From Psammoneis japonica (Eukaryota), in contig QPGO01000266.1 of the NCBI GenBank assembly GCA_008632985.1, forward strand, positions 1 to 64,000: a DNA stretch of 64,000 bases. The letters run 5' to 3'. Both the position numbers and the translations under genes were made by a program. The notes beneath the pieces were generated by a model that was not told the DNA's origin, did not search any database, and saw only the letters and a list, made by a program, of their open reading frames with translations. Of this stretch, positions 1 to 12,866 are shown in pieces. How positions within the stretch are numbered: the first letter of the stretch is position 1; each line of letters begins with the position of its first letter.

Positions 1-509
1 AACATGCACTTGAACAATGGGACAAGGACCATGTGCTCGAGGTGTGAGCTCAGTATGATCAATGGTCTTGACAAGTGCTTGACTGCCAACTTGAAAATCG
101 TGGGATCGTTGTTTGGCATTTGCTCTGCAGAGATTTGCATTGACAATTGCTTGTCGGTGTTCTTGAACAGCAGCGAGATCCACCAGGACTGGCAGATCTA
201 ATGTCATGTCACAATGAAATGCCATGGCACTGGGTGAAACCTTGAGAGCTTGGGACACCGCGCATCGCATTGCATGCATCGCCATCGCCAAAGCGTTGTC
301 CACCAGTTGGTTGGCTTGCCCGATGTTCTGTGGAGGATAAAGGTGAAGCAAAGTATGCAAGACACCACCAACAGTTTGATGCATGTGTTTGCATGCCACA
401 TTGGCTTGTGGATTCCTGGATGTAGTGGGCACATCTTCCACTCCCACCTGTTGCATCAAAAGTTGAAAGTCTTCTCCAATGAATTCTCCACCATTGTCAT
501 GAATGCAAT
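1..509 (-). pseudogene. Degenerate Ty3/gypsy integrase fragment, cut off by the copia LTR at 510
   Basis: Minus strand reads CIHDNGGEFIGEDFQ...PTTSRNPQANVACKHMHQTVG, matching the gypsy integrase core DNGxEF / NPQAN..ERxH; the frame is broken further on. Confidence 0.8.
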
Positions 510-753
510 TGACAGGATTTGAACAAGATTTTAGTTTATCACACATAATTATGTGTGCTCTTAGTTCCGCACGCATCGCGCGATGTAGTTTGCTTTCGAG
601 CCACAGGCTCACAAGAATAATGACAGTAGCACCGATATCACGACACCAGTCTTTCGGCTCCTGTAACAGTCTCTGCACGGAGACTCATCTGCCATTTAGA
701 CAGCAGTAAGGAGTTATTGTTTTCTTCCACCCAGTCATCTTCATTTTCTGTCA
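510..753 (+). repeat. 5' LTR of copia element 1
   Basis: Direct repeat of 5720-5966; inverted copy at 7916-8160; TG...CA termini. Confidence 0.95.
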
Positions 754-1546
754 GATTAACAGTCTTGCTCTTTATTATCCATTGAGCGTTCATCATCGTC
801 ATCGAGAAATTTTCGACGACGCGCACCGTTGGTGGTGGAAGTACACATCTACCTTCTTCACTGCTGGATGCTGGATTAAATCTACACGTTTGGATTTATC
901 GAATGCCTCCCATCGTTGGATATATTTATTCAACGGATATTTGTTTGGCCAGGAATTCCCGAATTCTCAGACATCCGAGATTCCGGATTCCTTATAGCGG
1001 ATCCTACCAATCCATCCGCTCGCGTTCACGCGCACACGATGTAAACCCCTGACTCTGGCTCTGCTCCACGCATGCCAAGTCTACCGCCTTGTATCTACAC
1101 CAGATTGCTGGTCTTCTACAGTCCTACAAGGTCCACGAGGACAACTGTGAGAGGAAGCAGTTCGTGATTACAGCCTATGTTGGGGCGAGGGTGCATTTCC
1201 CACGTTTGTTCCTCCCTCCACAGCACCAAATTTGGCCGGCCTGATCGGGTTATCCAACCGATATAAAATAAGAACAGTTTGGGGGTCTTGACAGGGTTTT
1301 TTAACCCCCGTTACTCCACTCTCAAGCAACCCAAAGCGTCACCAGCTGCGGGTTCGGATGTGCCGGCACAACTCTACGGACCGGATAGGAAACTTAGCAC
1401 TGAACTACGAACGGGATATCATAGTCCGGCGGTTTCTGACTCTTGGGATAGTTCAAGACATCAAGTCAAGATTCAAGTCAAGTTTCAAGTTATTTTCAAG
1501 ACCACACTCCAATTCTAGCTAGTTCTGACATCCACCTAGTTGCAAC

Positions 1547-4500
1547 ATGGTTCTCACCAGGCAACAACAAATCAATGGCCTCGAGCACATTCTAGGCACT
1601 GTTCTGAATCAAGCCGCAGACAGTCCATTGTGCTCCACCCTCAACATTGATGGAACCGATTCGTATCAGGACCTTTTCACTTTTACTCCGATGCAATTGG
1701 ATGCCCTTGTGTACAACGATGGCACCAATCAAATGCCCTTGCCACGTGGTTACAAAGCACAGATAGCTGCTCTGATTAGCCTGTACACGGTAAAAGCACG
1801 CGGCGGCGCGGATGTTAGCAATGACCCTCAATTGTTCACACAAGAGGAGTTCACCAACTGTCGTCTTAGTCCTGAGTATGTAGTGTCCCTCTCCATGGGT
1901 ACAGCACCATCTGCTCCCACTCCTGGCTCGTTGCCACCCAAACCACTTGATCCCGTGCATGACTTTAAATGAGGCATCAAACGTGACCCGCTTACCTTCG
2001 CGCTTCTCAAGTCTGACAAACAGTGGCACACATGGCACACCTCCACCATCGCACAGGCCCGCTCCCAGGACGTCGCACGCATTCTCGATCTGACGTACAA
2101 GCCCTCTACAGCTGAGGACAAGTCCCTGTTTGCGGAACAACAGAAGCACATGTTCGCCGTATTCGAACGGATCTTGCAGAATGACAAAGGCAAGGCTCTT
2201 GTTCGTCAATATGTCGGCTCCTCTGATGCTCAAGCGGTGTATCCTGACCTCTCCAAGTGTGCCCTTACTTCTACTCGCGCATCCCTGGAGTCCTTGACCC
2301 TTCTCACGTACCTCACCACTGCTCGCCTCGGTGATGGCACCTGGAAAGGATCCACTCATGCCTTCATACTCCACTGGCAGGACCAGCTCCGCAAGTGTGA
2401 AGCTCTTATCCCGGGTACGGACCATTTCTCTGCATGCCAGAAACGTGTCATGCTTGAGCACGCCGTTCATCCTATCGAGGAACTCCGTTTGGTGAAGAAT
2501 CAGGCCGATCAGTTCCACACGCAGAATGGAAAGGGGCCCTCTTATGAAGAGCACTGTGGACTCCTGCTTTCTGCTGCAGCACAGTACGACAGCACGTTCA
2601 CCCCCAAGACGGCTCCTCGCACTCCGCGCCGTGCCATCTATGAACATGACCTGGTCCCTGACGACCCTGATGACGATGTGTTCTTCGACATTGACAGTGA
2701 TGTTGATGTCATCCAAGCTTATGCTGTGCAAACTCGCGGCAATTCCCTCACCAAGGAACAATGGCATCGCATTCCGCCGGACCATCAGCGCATTTGGGAC
2801 ACCTTACCCCAGTCCACTAAGGCCATCATTCTTGGCTCGCGCACCGCCCACACCGGCAACTGCCATGACTCAACAGCGGTCAACCTGCACGACCTCCGCA
2901 TTGGCAGTGATGGCGATGTCAACTTGTCTGCCAACACTCACGATCTTGCGTCAGCCTTCGCACAATCCGACGCTACAGTCGATGCAGCCGATGCTAACCC
3001 CATTCTGGCTCATCTCACCAGGTGCAAGCCTCTGCCACCCGGCGACTTGCAACGTCTCCTGGCACCTGAACGGCCTCCTTCCCCGCCTGTTCTGGCAAGA
3101 AACCGCCCGGATCTGCCCCTTCCGTCCACTCCGACGCGAAGCCCAATGCCACTGACATAGAGATCAATGGCCATAAATGCCGTTGCGTCAACAACCACAA
3201 TGTTGTCTACTCTGCCTCGACCCACAAATCAGCTTGCAAAGGCACTCTGGTGGATCGTGGTGCAAATGGTGGCATCGCCGGTGATGATGTTCGTGTCATT
3301 GCCTGCCCTGGTTGCCAGGTTGACGTCCAAGGCATCGACGATCATCAACTAGTCGACATCCCCATTGTCACTGCCGGTGGTGTCATCCACATGCAACGCG
3401 GCCCTGCCATTGCCATTCTTCACCAGTGTGCCTACACTGGAAAGGGGAAGACGATACACTCTTGTGGCCAGCTCGAGTGGTACAAACACGATGTCAACGA
3501 TCGGTCCATCAAGGTCCCCAACGGTCTACAGCGTATCACCACTGTTGATGGATACGTCATTCCCATTGACATTAAAGCCGGCCTCCCGTACATCGCCATA
3601 CGCCCGCACACCGACGCCAAATGGGACACTCTGCCGCATGTCATTCTCACTGGTGATGACACATGGGATCCATCTGTCCTTGACCACCAGTTCACGGATG
3701 ATGAGACGTGGTATGATGCCATGTCTGACCTCCAAGATGACCCAACTGCCAACCTCTTTGATGAGTTCAGCAACTGTTGCCACCATCATGTCATCAACAA
3801 TGCCATGCTTATGGACTCCCTCCTTGATGACCATGTGCTCCCGATGTCCGATTTCTTCTATGAGTGCAATGAGCACGAGATCAATCCAAAGGATCCCAAT
3901 TTTGAGTCTCTGCACCCTTGTTTTGGCTTTCTCCCAAAGGACACCGTTTGCTGCACTTTTGATTGCACGATGCAATGCACCTGCATGCCAGCCAGCAGGC
4001 AACCTGAAAAAGGCGCACAAGTCGCCCAACCCGGCTCTCAATGTCCACCGATGCAATGAACCCGTCACCACTGACATGGTGCACTCTGACACCCCTGCCG
4101 TTGACTCCGGCTGCACCAGCGCCCAGCTCTTCATTGGCACTGAATCCCTTGTCACGAACGTCTGCGGAACCAAGACCGACAAGGAATTCATCAACACGCT
4201 CGAAGACAACATTCGCAACCGTGGTGCCCTGTCCAAGCTCATCAGTGACCGTGCTCAAGTTGAGATTGGCAACAAGGTTCTCGGCATCCTCTGTGCCCTC
4301 TTCATCTCTAGCTGGCAAAGCGAGCCTCACCAACAGCATCAGAATTTTGCTGAACGCCGCTGCCAAACTGTGAAGACCATGGCCAACACCATCATGGATT
4401 GCTTCAGGTCTACGGCTTGCACCTGGCTGCTCGCCCTGATGTGCGTGTGCTTCATGCTCAACCACACACGGCATCTGCCAAGCTCCACTGGCACACCCCC

Positions 4501-5660
4501 ACAAAGGTGCTGTCTGGCTCTACTCCCGACATCAGCCCGCTCCTCCATTTTCAATGGTGGGAACCCGTGCACTGTCACCTGGATGATTCCGACTGGCCAT
4601 CCGAATCCCGTGAATTATGTGGTCACTTTGTTGGCATAGCTGAACACGTGGGCCACCAAATGACGTTCAAGATTCTTTCTGATGACACTCAGAAGATTCT
4701 CTGCCGTTCCAACGTGCGTTCTGCCCATGATCCGTCTGCTCCAAACCTGTGTTTTTATCCTCCTGATAAGAAATCTGCTGAACCAGTCATTAAATCCTGC
4801 CCCGACTCCAAGGTTTTGCCAAATTCACCAGATGGGGAGGCAATCAGGATGCCCAAAATGCCGGTCTTTGACCCCAAGGATATCATTGGACGCACCTTCC
4901 TCATAAAGCCACAAGAGGATGGACAATGCCACAGAGCCTGCATCATCAAAGCCGTTGAGGACCATGACTGGAAAATTGGAGACAATTTTGAACTGGTCAA
5001 GTTCATTTGCTCTGTGAACAATGATGAACACAAGGAAGTCCTTGCCTGCTGCAACAACATCATGCACCACATCAAGCAAGAAGATGAGGACACCACCCTT
5101 TGGAAGTTCCAATGCATCGCATCACATGAAGAACCATTGCGACCCCATGATCCCTCTTGGAAAGGCTCAAGCTACAACGTCATGCTTGAATGGGAGAATG
5201 GGGAGATCACATCCGAACCCCTTGCCATAATTGCCAAGGACGATCCCGTCACCTGTGCCATTTATGCATGTGAGCACGGCCTCCTTGAAACCAAAGGATG
5301 GAGGCATTTTTGCAAGATGGCCCTGCATCAGAACAAGCTGTTCCGCATGGCCAACCAAGCTAAGTTGCACTCCTTTTGCACTGCGCAATGAGTGCAGGTG
5401 TGAAGTGCCCTGGGACTACAAGCACGCCTTGGCCCTTGGCACTTGATGAGTGCAACGGCAACTGCAAGTGGAGAGATGCAACAGACCTTGAGATGACTCA
5501 GCTTGAGCATGAGGTCTTCCATGACTGCAGACATTACAAGGATTCCAGTGCCCTGTTGGGACACAAGAAGAACCCGGCTGACATCCTCAGCAAGCATTGG
5601 GGTTGCTCCCAAGTCTGGAACCTCCTTCGTCCTCTGATGTTTTGGAACTTCGATCCCAAG
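1547..5660 (+). pseudogene. gag-pol: Copia gag-protease-integrase polyprotein with chromo-like region and RNase H tail; disrupted
   Basis: gag DFK*GIKRDP (TGA at 1970, probably from CGA); protease LVDRGANGG at ~3247; integrase DMVHSD / ISDRAQVE / SEPHQQHQNFAERR; RNase H end NPADILSKHWG; several frameshifts. Confidence 0.9.
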
Positions 5661-5719
5661 GCTTTCAACCAATCTGACTTTGAATCCATCACTGTTGACC
5701 CCTCAAGCAAACTGGGGAG

Positions 5720-5966
5720 TGACAGGATTTGAACAAGATTTCAGTTTGTCACACACAATTATGTGTGCTCTTATTTCCGTGCGGGTCATGTGATGCAGTT
5801 TGCTTTTGAGCCACTCGGCTCACAAGAATGACAACAGCAGTGCCGACATCATGACACCCCAGTCTTTCGGCTCCTGTGACGGTCTCTGCACGGAGACTCA
5901 TCTGCCATTTAGACAGCAGCAAGGAGTCATTGTTTTCTTCCACTCAGTCACCTTCAATTTCTGTCA
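5720..5966 (+). repeat. 3' LTR of copia element 1
   Basis: Preceded by PPT; aligns with 510-753. Confidence 0.95.
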
Positions 5967-7915
5967 GGGCAGAAAAAAACACTTGTTCACAAAAATTGCA
6001 GGAGACAAAGTTGGTTGCGTGTCACTGCACAACACTGGCATGAAGCAAAATAGAGAGCCATGATCAAATGCCTGTTGCCGCGATCAACAATGCCTCAACA
6101 CGTTGCTTCATGTTGCTTCGCATTGTTGCATGGCACTGCTTGCAGGCAAGTCCTTCTACACAGATTGCTGGTGCTCATGCACATGGAGTTTTTAATCAGA
6201 TGAATCGGAAAAAACTGTCAATTGACAATTTTCCCCTGCACAGATGACCACAGCCCAATCGTTAAATGGCAAGAATCAAATTTGAAAAATTTGGCACACA
6301 AAAAGTGGCAGTGTCATTGTTCTTTGTGCATTGCATGCAATGGTGACATTCAAACACAAGTCTGCATTGCATTTGTTAATGACATGAAATGGGTGATTTG
6401 AAAAATTTGACATTCAAAGAGGAGAAGTAAAAAGCAGCCAAACACAATGACGTGCTGGCTGGCGCGATTGGCCTCAGGTGAATGCAGAAAAATAAATCTT
6501 GGGTGCACAACACGATGTTGCCATCCTTTGTTTGTGGAGCATTTGAAATGCGATTCTGAAAGAGACGCACCTTCCATTGTAAAAACTCAATGGTGATGTC
6601 GTTTTTGAAGTTTCAAGAGTGGCGGCATCGGCGTTGTTCAAGGCCAAAACATGGAAAGCAGTTTTCAGAACGATCTGGTGCATTCATGTGCTGCACTTGC
6701 TGTTTGTTCATTTGTGTGCTTGTTGTTTTTCTGGCAGTGTGACACTTGCCATCCATTTTGTTGGATGCTTTGTCATCCAGGTTGACATCATCTGGGATGG
6801 CAACAACGGATTTGCCCCCACTGCTTGACACTGTACAAATGGGAGCTTGACACAGTGCCAATCCACACTCTCTTTGGCAATGGCCCACTGTTTTTCAAGG
6901 CGTGTGTGTGAAAAGCTGCTTTCAATGCAATCCGGTGCGTTCATGGTGTGATTGTGCATTGTTGTTTATGCACTCTTAATGGTGCCGACAGAGCAGTGCT
7001 CACTCTCAATTGCTCAATGTAGTTCATGTTTGACATCGACCAATGCACCCCAAGTGGTCAACACAGCATGAATTGGAGAGTTGAAAACACCCTGTTCTTT
7101 TGCAATTGCCCGGTCATGTGAGTGCAGAGTGCCATCTTGATGTCCTCTCATGATTGCAATCTGGTGAGTGTGGTTCATGTGTTGTGCACTTGTTGTGCTT
7201 CTGGCAGAATGCTGCTCACACTCTCATTGCCTTGGCTGCATCATCAAGGACAACAAGCAGTGGCCAAGGAGCTTGGCATGAATGTGCAAGCAGCTAAACG
7301 GCAATGTTTGCTAACAAACAGCACACAATGATGACAGCGAAATTAACCAGCCAGAACGAATGGTCATTGGATTAGAGACAGGATGTCATTTGAACATCAG
7401 AACAAAATCGGCCTTAAACAAAAAGCAAAGCAGAGTTTGCACATGATGTGAATTAATTTGTTGCATGGTGAAAAGAGGAGTGAACAGAAAGCAATTTATT
7501 ACATGGTGAAAAGTGACCAAGTGTCACACTTGAAAATGTCGGGAACGTCACCCGCATGGACATCACATTTTAACAATTTTCTTGCATGACATGCCAAAAA
7601 TGTTTGCATCAGAACCAAGATTTCCAGCATGGCGTGCAAGAATCTTCAAATTAAAATATTGGCACCTTGGGCAAGAATGCAGTGTGTGCGTTTGCTTGCG
7701 ATGCCAGATTGTTGCCCCAGAGCACCAAACGAGATGGTTCATCTGCAGTGAGCAAGTTTAGACCCCGAAGAGGAGCTGCAAGAGGAGGATTCACTGGTGG
7801 ATGAGGAGTCTTATTGTGCAGACGATGGGGTGGATGCTTGGGAGGTTCTTGGGTGTGGCATCAGAGGCGGGTTTGATGAGGGGGTCAAATTGTTCCATTG
7901 GGTTTTGGCTCCACA

Positions 7916-8530
7916 TGACAGAAATTGAAGATGACTGGGTGGAAGAAAACAATGACTCCTTGCTGCTGTCTAAATGGCAGATGAGTCTCCATGCAGAGAC
8001 CATTGCAGGAGCCAAAAGACTGGTGTCATGATGTTGGCACTGCTGTCATTGTTCTTGTGAGCCATGTGGCTTGAAAGCAAACTGCATCGTGCGGCGCGTG
8101 CAGAACTAAGAGCACACACAATTATGTGTGACAAACTAAAATCTTGTTCAAATTCTGTCACTCCCCAGTTTGCTTGAGGGGTCCACAGCAATGGATTCAA
8201 GGTTAGATTGGTTGAAAGCCTTGGGATCAAAGTTCCAAAACATCAGAGGATGAAGGAGGTTCCAGACCTGGGAGCAGCCCCAGTGCTTGCTAAGAATGTG
8301 TCAGCTGGGTTGCGGGAACCTTCGATGAAATGAAACTTGAGGAAACTGGAGGCAATCACCTCGCGCACATGGTGAAATGTTAGAGCAGTGTGTCACTTGT
8401 GTGTTTTGGAGTGTGGGATGGCAGCACCACCCACAACTGACTTGTTGTCCCCGAACATGCAACACATTTCACGATGCATTGACCACAGCAGTGTCGACAA
8501 TGAACCAAGAGTGGCATGTAAAGAATGACT
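7916..8530 (-). mobile_element. 3' fragment of the same copia family (RNase H end, PPT, 3' LTR 7916-8160)
   Basis: Reverse complement of the LTR and of the region upstream of 5720; minus strand encodes MFGDNKSVV and RNPAD RNase H motifs. Confidence 0.9.
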
Positions 8531-8899
8531 GTGAGAAGATTCTCTTTTGGCAACTGTTGTTTTGAGGCTGCTGTTTGAACTGGATGTGTCTGTTTCCATA
8601 TCTCTCACCAAAGGCCATTCACATTGTTTTGCAGATCAGACCATGATGACAGGAATCAAAGCGCGTGGTTGGTTGGACAGCAAAAATGACAGTCATGCAA
8701 GCGCTTGTTCGAAAATTGAAATTGCTGAGTTACAATGGAATGGCGTCATTCATGGGGCATGGAGTTGCTCTGTCACGGTCTTACAGCTCACTCCATTGGC
8801 TGCGGCATTTGTGGTTTGGGATCTCCAAGTTGATGGCTTTTTCTCTCTTTGGAGTTTTGGAAGAACAAAGAGCAGCAGTGTTGGAAAAAAAGGCACGAG

Positions 8900-9290
8900 T
8901 CATTGAAATTGCTGTGTGAAACATTGTGAGCACTCATTCATTCTGTTTCTTTTTCTGCATCCACTCCCAAAGGATTGGACAGCAATGGTCTTTCTTCTCT
9001 TTGAAGTTTTGGCAGAATAAAGAGCAGCATCATTGGGAAAACAGGCACAAGTGTGTTGCTGGAATTGCTGCACAAAACACATGAGTGCTCATTCATTCTG
9101 TTTCTTTCCTGCTTTTTTTCATCTGCACCCACAGGACACCACAGCTTTTGAGGATGGCAACACTTTTCCTCTTTGGATTCTGGAAGAAGGAGCAGCAGCA
9201 TTGCAAACAAGGCATGAGTGCGTTGTCGCAATTTTGTGCACAAAACACATGAATGCCCACTCACTCTGTTTCTTTTTGTTTGCGCTTGTT
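8900..9290. repeat. Diverged ~160-170 bp tandem repeat (about 2.5 units)
   Basis: CTCA(TTCAT/C)TCTGTTTC core recurs near 8933, 9088 and 9260; AGCAGCAGCATTG and TGCACAAAACACATGA also recur. Confidence 0.65.
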
Positions 9291-10161
9291 TTTGTGGGTG
9301 TGGCGTTGCATCGACATTGTTGTTGGTGGGGCCGGTGCATCGTCTCTTTTTCATTCATTTCCTTCATCACATGTTTCTCTTGACCTGTTCTTGGTGGCGC
9401 TTTGGCAATGGAATGTTTCAAGGGAGAGGCGAAGCTTTGACAGCAACTTGTCGGGGAGTGTAGCTTGATTTTGGGGCAGCTTGTTTGCAAGAGAATTCCT
9501 CGTGTCACAGCTTCCACGGGAAACAAAATGCTCTTGCTGATTTCCACACTGCCTGCCAAAAAAGGTAAGATCCAAGTCTTGGGCGATGTTGCTTTGTTTA
9601 AACTTTTCCCACAATGTTTGTCTCACAGACATTGCTTTCCCTTTCCCAAACATTCCTGCCAAACCACCATTGTGTGCGGCAAACATGCACTGAATGGCTC
9701 CTGCACTCAATTCTTGGTGAGTTGATTGGAGGGAAGCCTTCATGGCATTCCGACAATCAACTCGCAAGATTTTGCACCATCGGCGGGTGACAAATCGGCA
9801 GCAGCCGTTGTTGATTTGCACAACATCTTTTGGACTGCAAACAACTGAATCTTGTGGCATTGGATGCAGTTAAAAATTCATGGCAGTGTTTGTTGATCTG
9901 TGGTGTCCAAAGTTTTAACTCTCATTGGGCATTTGGCAGTGGCAACGCAAAGTTTGTCATTGTCGACAACATGCCAGTTATGCCAAGGTTTGTGGTTTAT
10001 TTTGGATCTTAGCCACCCAGGCGTGCATGCTTTTTGTGCTTCTGCATGGCCACGTCACACGACAAGGCCTGTGGGTTTTCGCACTTTTTCTGCACTCCAT
10101 TTGCAGCACCATCCATGAACTTTAATTGCTCAATGTGTTTGCACATGTTCAATGGACAAAC

Positions 10162-10717
10162 AACGTGTTCCAGCCACAAGTGACCCAAATCATGCACAAA
10201 AAGACATTTGTGCAATTTTTGCACGGTCTCTGACTTGCGAACAAAATTTCACCACCAAAAGCACAGATTTGTGCAAATTTGAATGTTTTGCAACACTGAC
10301 AAGACTCGTGTGAGTGTTGCAATGTAATTGTCATTGTGCCATCTGTGCTTTTCATTGTGACAAATGAGTTGCAACACAATGGATGATTTTCAGCAAAATC
10401 ATTGCCATCATTTGGATGTCAAACTAATGTATTTTCTACAAGCCCTTCTGGCAGGTGTTCCACCTGCAACCAAAAATCTGCATCTAATGCACTGTCACAC
10501 AATCAGTGGTGTTGAGTCTGCAGAGGAAGTTTGTGATGCATGTCCCATGAGAAGTTGAATGCCAACAAAAAAACTGTTTAGATGTTCACACTCCAGACAC
10601 CCATGAAATCCCATCCACCCAAGCATTTTGTGTTCAAACGCCACATGCACCAGAGACACATGATTTGTGTTCAAAATGGATTGTCGTTTTGTGCATCACC
10701 TGGGACTGGAACACATC
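10162..10717. mobile_element. MITE, GACGTGTTCCAG-TIR family, long subfamily
   Basis: Imperfect TIRs AACGTGTTCCAGCCACAAGTGA / TCACCTGGGACTGGAACACATC; 4-bp TSD AAAC; homologous to 53387-53943. Confidence 0.85.
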
Positions 10718-10849
10718 AAACAATGTGTGTGGGCTTGAATTTCTGTGTGTTTTGTTCACGATTGTCAGCTTTATGCTCCTTGCCAAAATTGCCAATTAAA
10801 TCATGAAATGTCAATGTGGAAAGTAGTTGCGGAACCCGCCAAGCAAAAG

Positions 10850-11172
10850 GAAGTCAACACAAGTCAACAAAAATCAACACAAGTCAACAACAGTTAACAA
10901 AAGTCAACAAAAGTCAACACAAGTCAACAACAAGTGCAAAATGTCTGTGGACAAACTGACAGTCTCACACCTTGCTTGCCTGCAGCCCCCTGTGATAAAT
11001 GTCATGAACGCAGACAGCTTTGCACGGGCACCACACACACTCGACCAGGCAGAGTCAACAAAAGTCAACAAAAGTCAACATGAGTTGGCACAAGTCATCA
11101 CAAGTCAAGACAAGTCAACAAAAGTCAACATGAGTCAACAACAGTCATCACAAGTCAACATGAGTCAACATG
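10850..11172. repeat. Two blocks of a 10-bp minisatellite (AAGTCAACAM)
   Basis: aagtcaacac/aagtcaacaa units at 10851-10932 and 11053-11172. Confidence 0.9.
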
Positions 11173-12476
11173 CTTGAGCAAAAAGCATTTGCATTTACTC
11201 ACGACTCAGTCTGTTCAATGATCATTGTCATGGACAAAGTTTGTGCAAGATGTTTGGCGAGTGAACAAGACTGAATTCAATGGTCATCTGTTAAATGGAA
11301 ATCATCAATTTGCCCATTGAGATTTGAAATTCATGTGTTCAAGACTGCATCAACAAAATTTGTGGATGGCGCAGTGACTTGCAACTGTCATTCCCAACTG
11401 AGAATTGTTCACGTTGGCATGCATCTCAAAGGGAACATTTTAAAATTTTGGTGTGAGACAACAACATGCTTTTTGATGTGATGCGCTCCATGTTATTGGA
11501 GAATTTTCATTCCGCACTTGTCCTTTTGCCGTTTGACCTTTGTTGAGGTGAATTTGGCTGGCAATGTGCAGGAGATCATTGAGGCCACATGTCTTGACAA
11601 TGGCATCACATGTCAACAAGATGTTGCAATGTTCTTTGCATTTTTCTCAGTGTTGCGATTATCTGAATCGCCTCCATTTTCTTTGCAATTGGATGTGTGC
11701 CATTGCGTGTGGAAGTCTTGACAGTTTGTTTCAAGTTGAGCAGCGAAGGACTTTTTGTTGTTGACCTTCAAAGCAACTGTTCTAGTTGTGTGAATGCCAT
11801 TTCAAGCTTTTCTTGCACAGGTGACATTTTGAAGTCACTTATTGTCAGGCATGAACGATCATTTGCAGTCATTCCGACAACTCCAAACCTATCATGAGCT
11901 TGCTCATGTGTTGCATGAAAATGTCTGGGGCTCCACAGATTCTCATTGGAAGTTGACAGCACTCATTTTCTCCCCACGGCATCATTTTCGTGTGAGCACG
12001 ATGTGTGCTTTTTTTATTTGACATGGTGGCATTCCATGTTTGAATCAAATAGATCACACACATGAAACGTTCTTGCTTCAACAGCATTTCCTGAATATTG
12101 GGTAAGGGATGCACCACGTGTATGAACCTTTTACCAAGCTTCTGAGTGTCGGATGCGGTCAAACTTGACCTGTTTTCTTTAGACAATGAGTCTCAGAGCG
12201 ACTTATTCAGAGTAATTTCATTTTTAAGACTTCAATCTTTCATAATAGGTCAAATTGCTTTTGATTGGATGCCTCCAAAGACAATGACACGAGAAGGTTC
12301 TCACGTGTCGTGGAATTGCGTCAGATTTTTCACAATGAGATCCGCTGGTTCTTCCCACACATTCATCTGAGGAACTTTTCAAAAAGATTTCAACCTCCTA
12401 AGAAGAAGATTGAGTTGGTTGTATTCATTTGGGTTAGATGCATCGCCGTAGTTGTCACTTGATTAGAATCGATGGC

Positions 12477-12866
12477 GACGGGTTCCAGTCCTAGGTGGGA
12501 CTCCATGTGACATTGGGCCCGTAGAATTCTACGTGCGAGCTCCGTAGTACGAGAATTTAATTAATGGATATATTTATCTTCAACATCAAATAAACGGCCA
12601 AGTTTGTGGTACAATTATGCCTCTTGCCACTCGACGTTTTTGCAAATGCGCCTGCCCTACGCGATTCTTAAGACATTATAGAATCGCGCTGTAACAAAAA
12701 ATGTCAAAAGTTGTTGGACGGATCGCTCAATAAGTGTACCGTAAAATGACACAAAATATCGAAAAAATCACGTAGAAATCTACGTGCGCGACATACGACG
12801 TGATTCAAAAAACTATCGATGTCACAGTTCAGCAGTACGAGGTCCCACCTAGACCTGGAACTCGTC
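12477..12866. mobile_element. MITE, GACG.GTTCCAG-TIR family, short subfamily, inserted in gypsy pol
   Basis: TIRs GACGGGTTCCAGTCCTAGGTGGGAC / GTCCCACCTAGACCTGGAACTCGTC; TSD TGGC; empty site visible in the paralogous gypsy copy near 17930. Confidence 0.92.

Larger units (their letters stand above)
510..5966 (+). mobile_element. Ty1/copia (CoDi-like) LTR retrotransposon, internally deleted and non-autonomous
   Basis: Two ~245-bp LTRs (510-753, 5720-5966) with TGACAG...CTGTCA ends; PPT GGGGAG at 5714-5719; gag-PR-IN order; RT absent; flanks GCAAT/GGGCA are not a TSD. Confidence 0.92.

Noticed and set aside
510..753. Classical fungal RIP (CpA->TpA) as the cause of the LTR differences
   Set aside because: Conserved Tyr codons and TA/TTAA target duplications show TpA is ancestral, so the direction is opposite to RIP
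1592..2785. 397-aa minus-strand ORF and similar antisense ORFs over pol and transposase genes
   Set aside because: These are shadow frames of the genuine opposite-strand coding sequence
6000..11400. Many short Cys/His/Gln-rich ORFs in all six frames (also at 19300-20760, 50600-54300 and 59500-60760)
   Set aside because: Loss of TpA removes TAA/TAG stops and converts Tyr to Cys or His, which creates spurious ORFs; no recognisable domains
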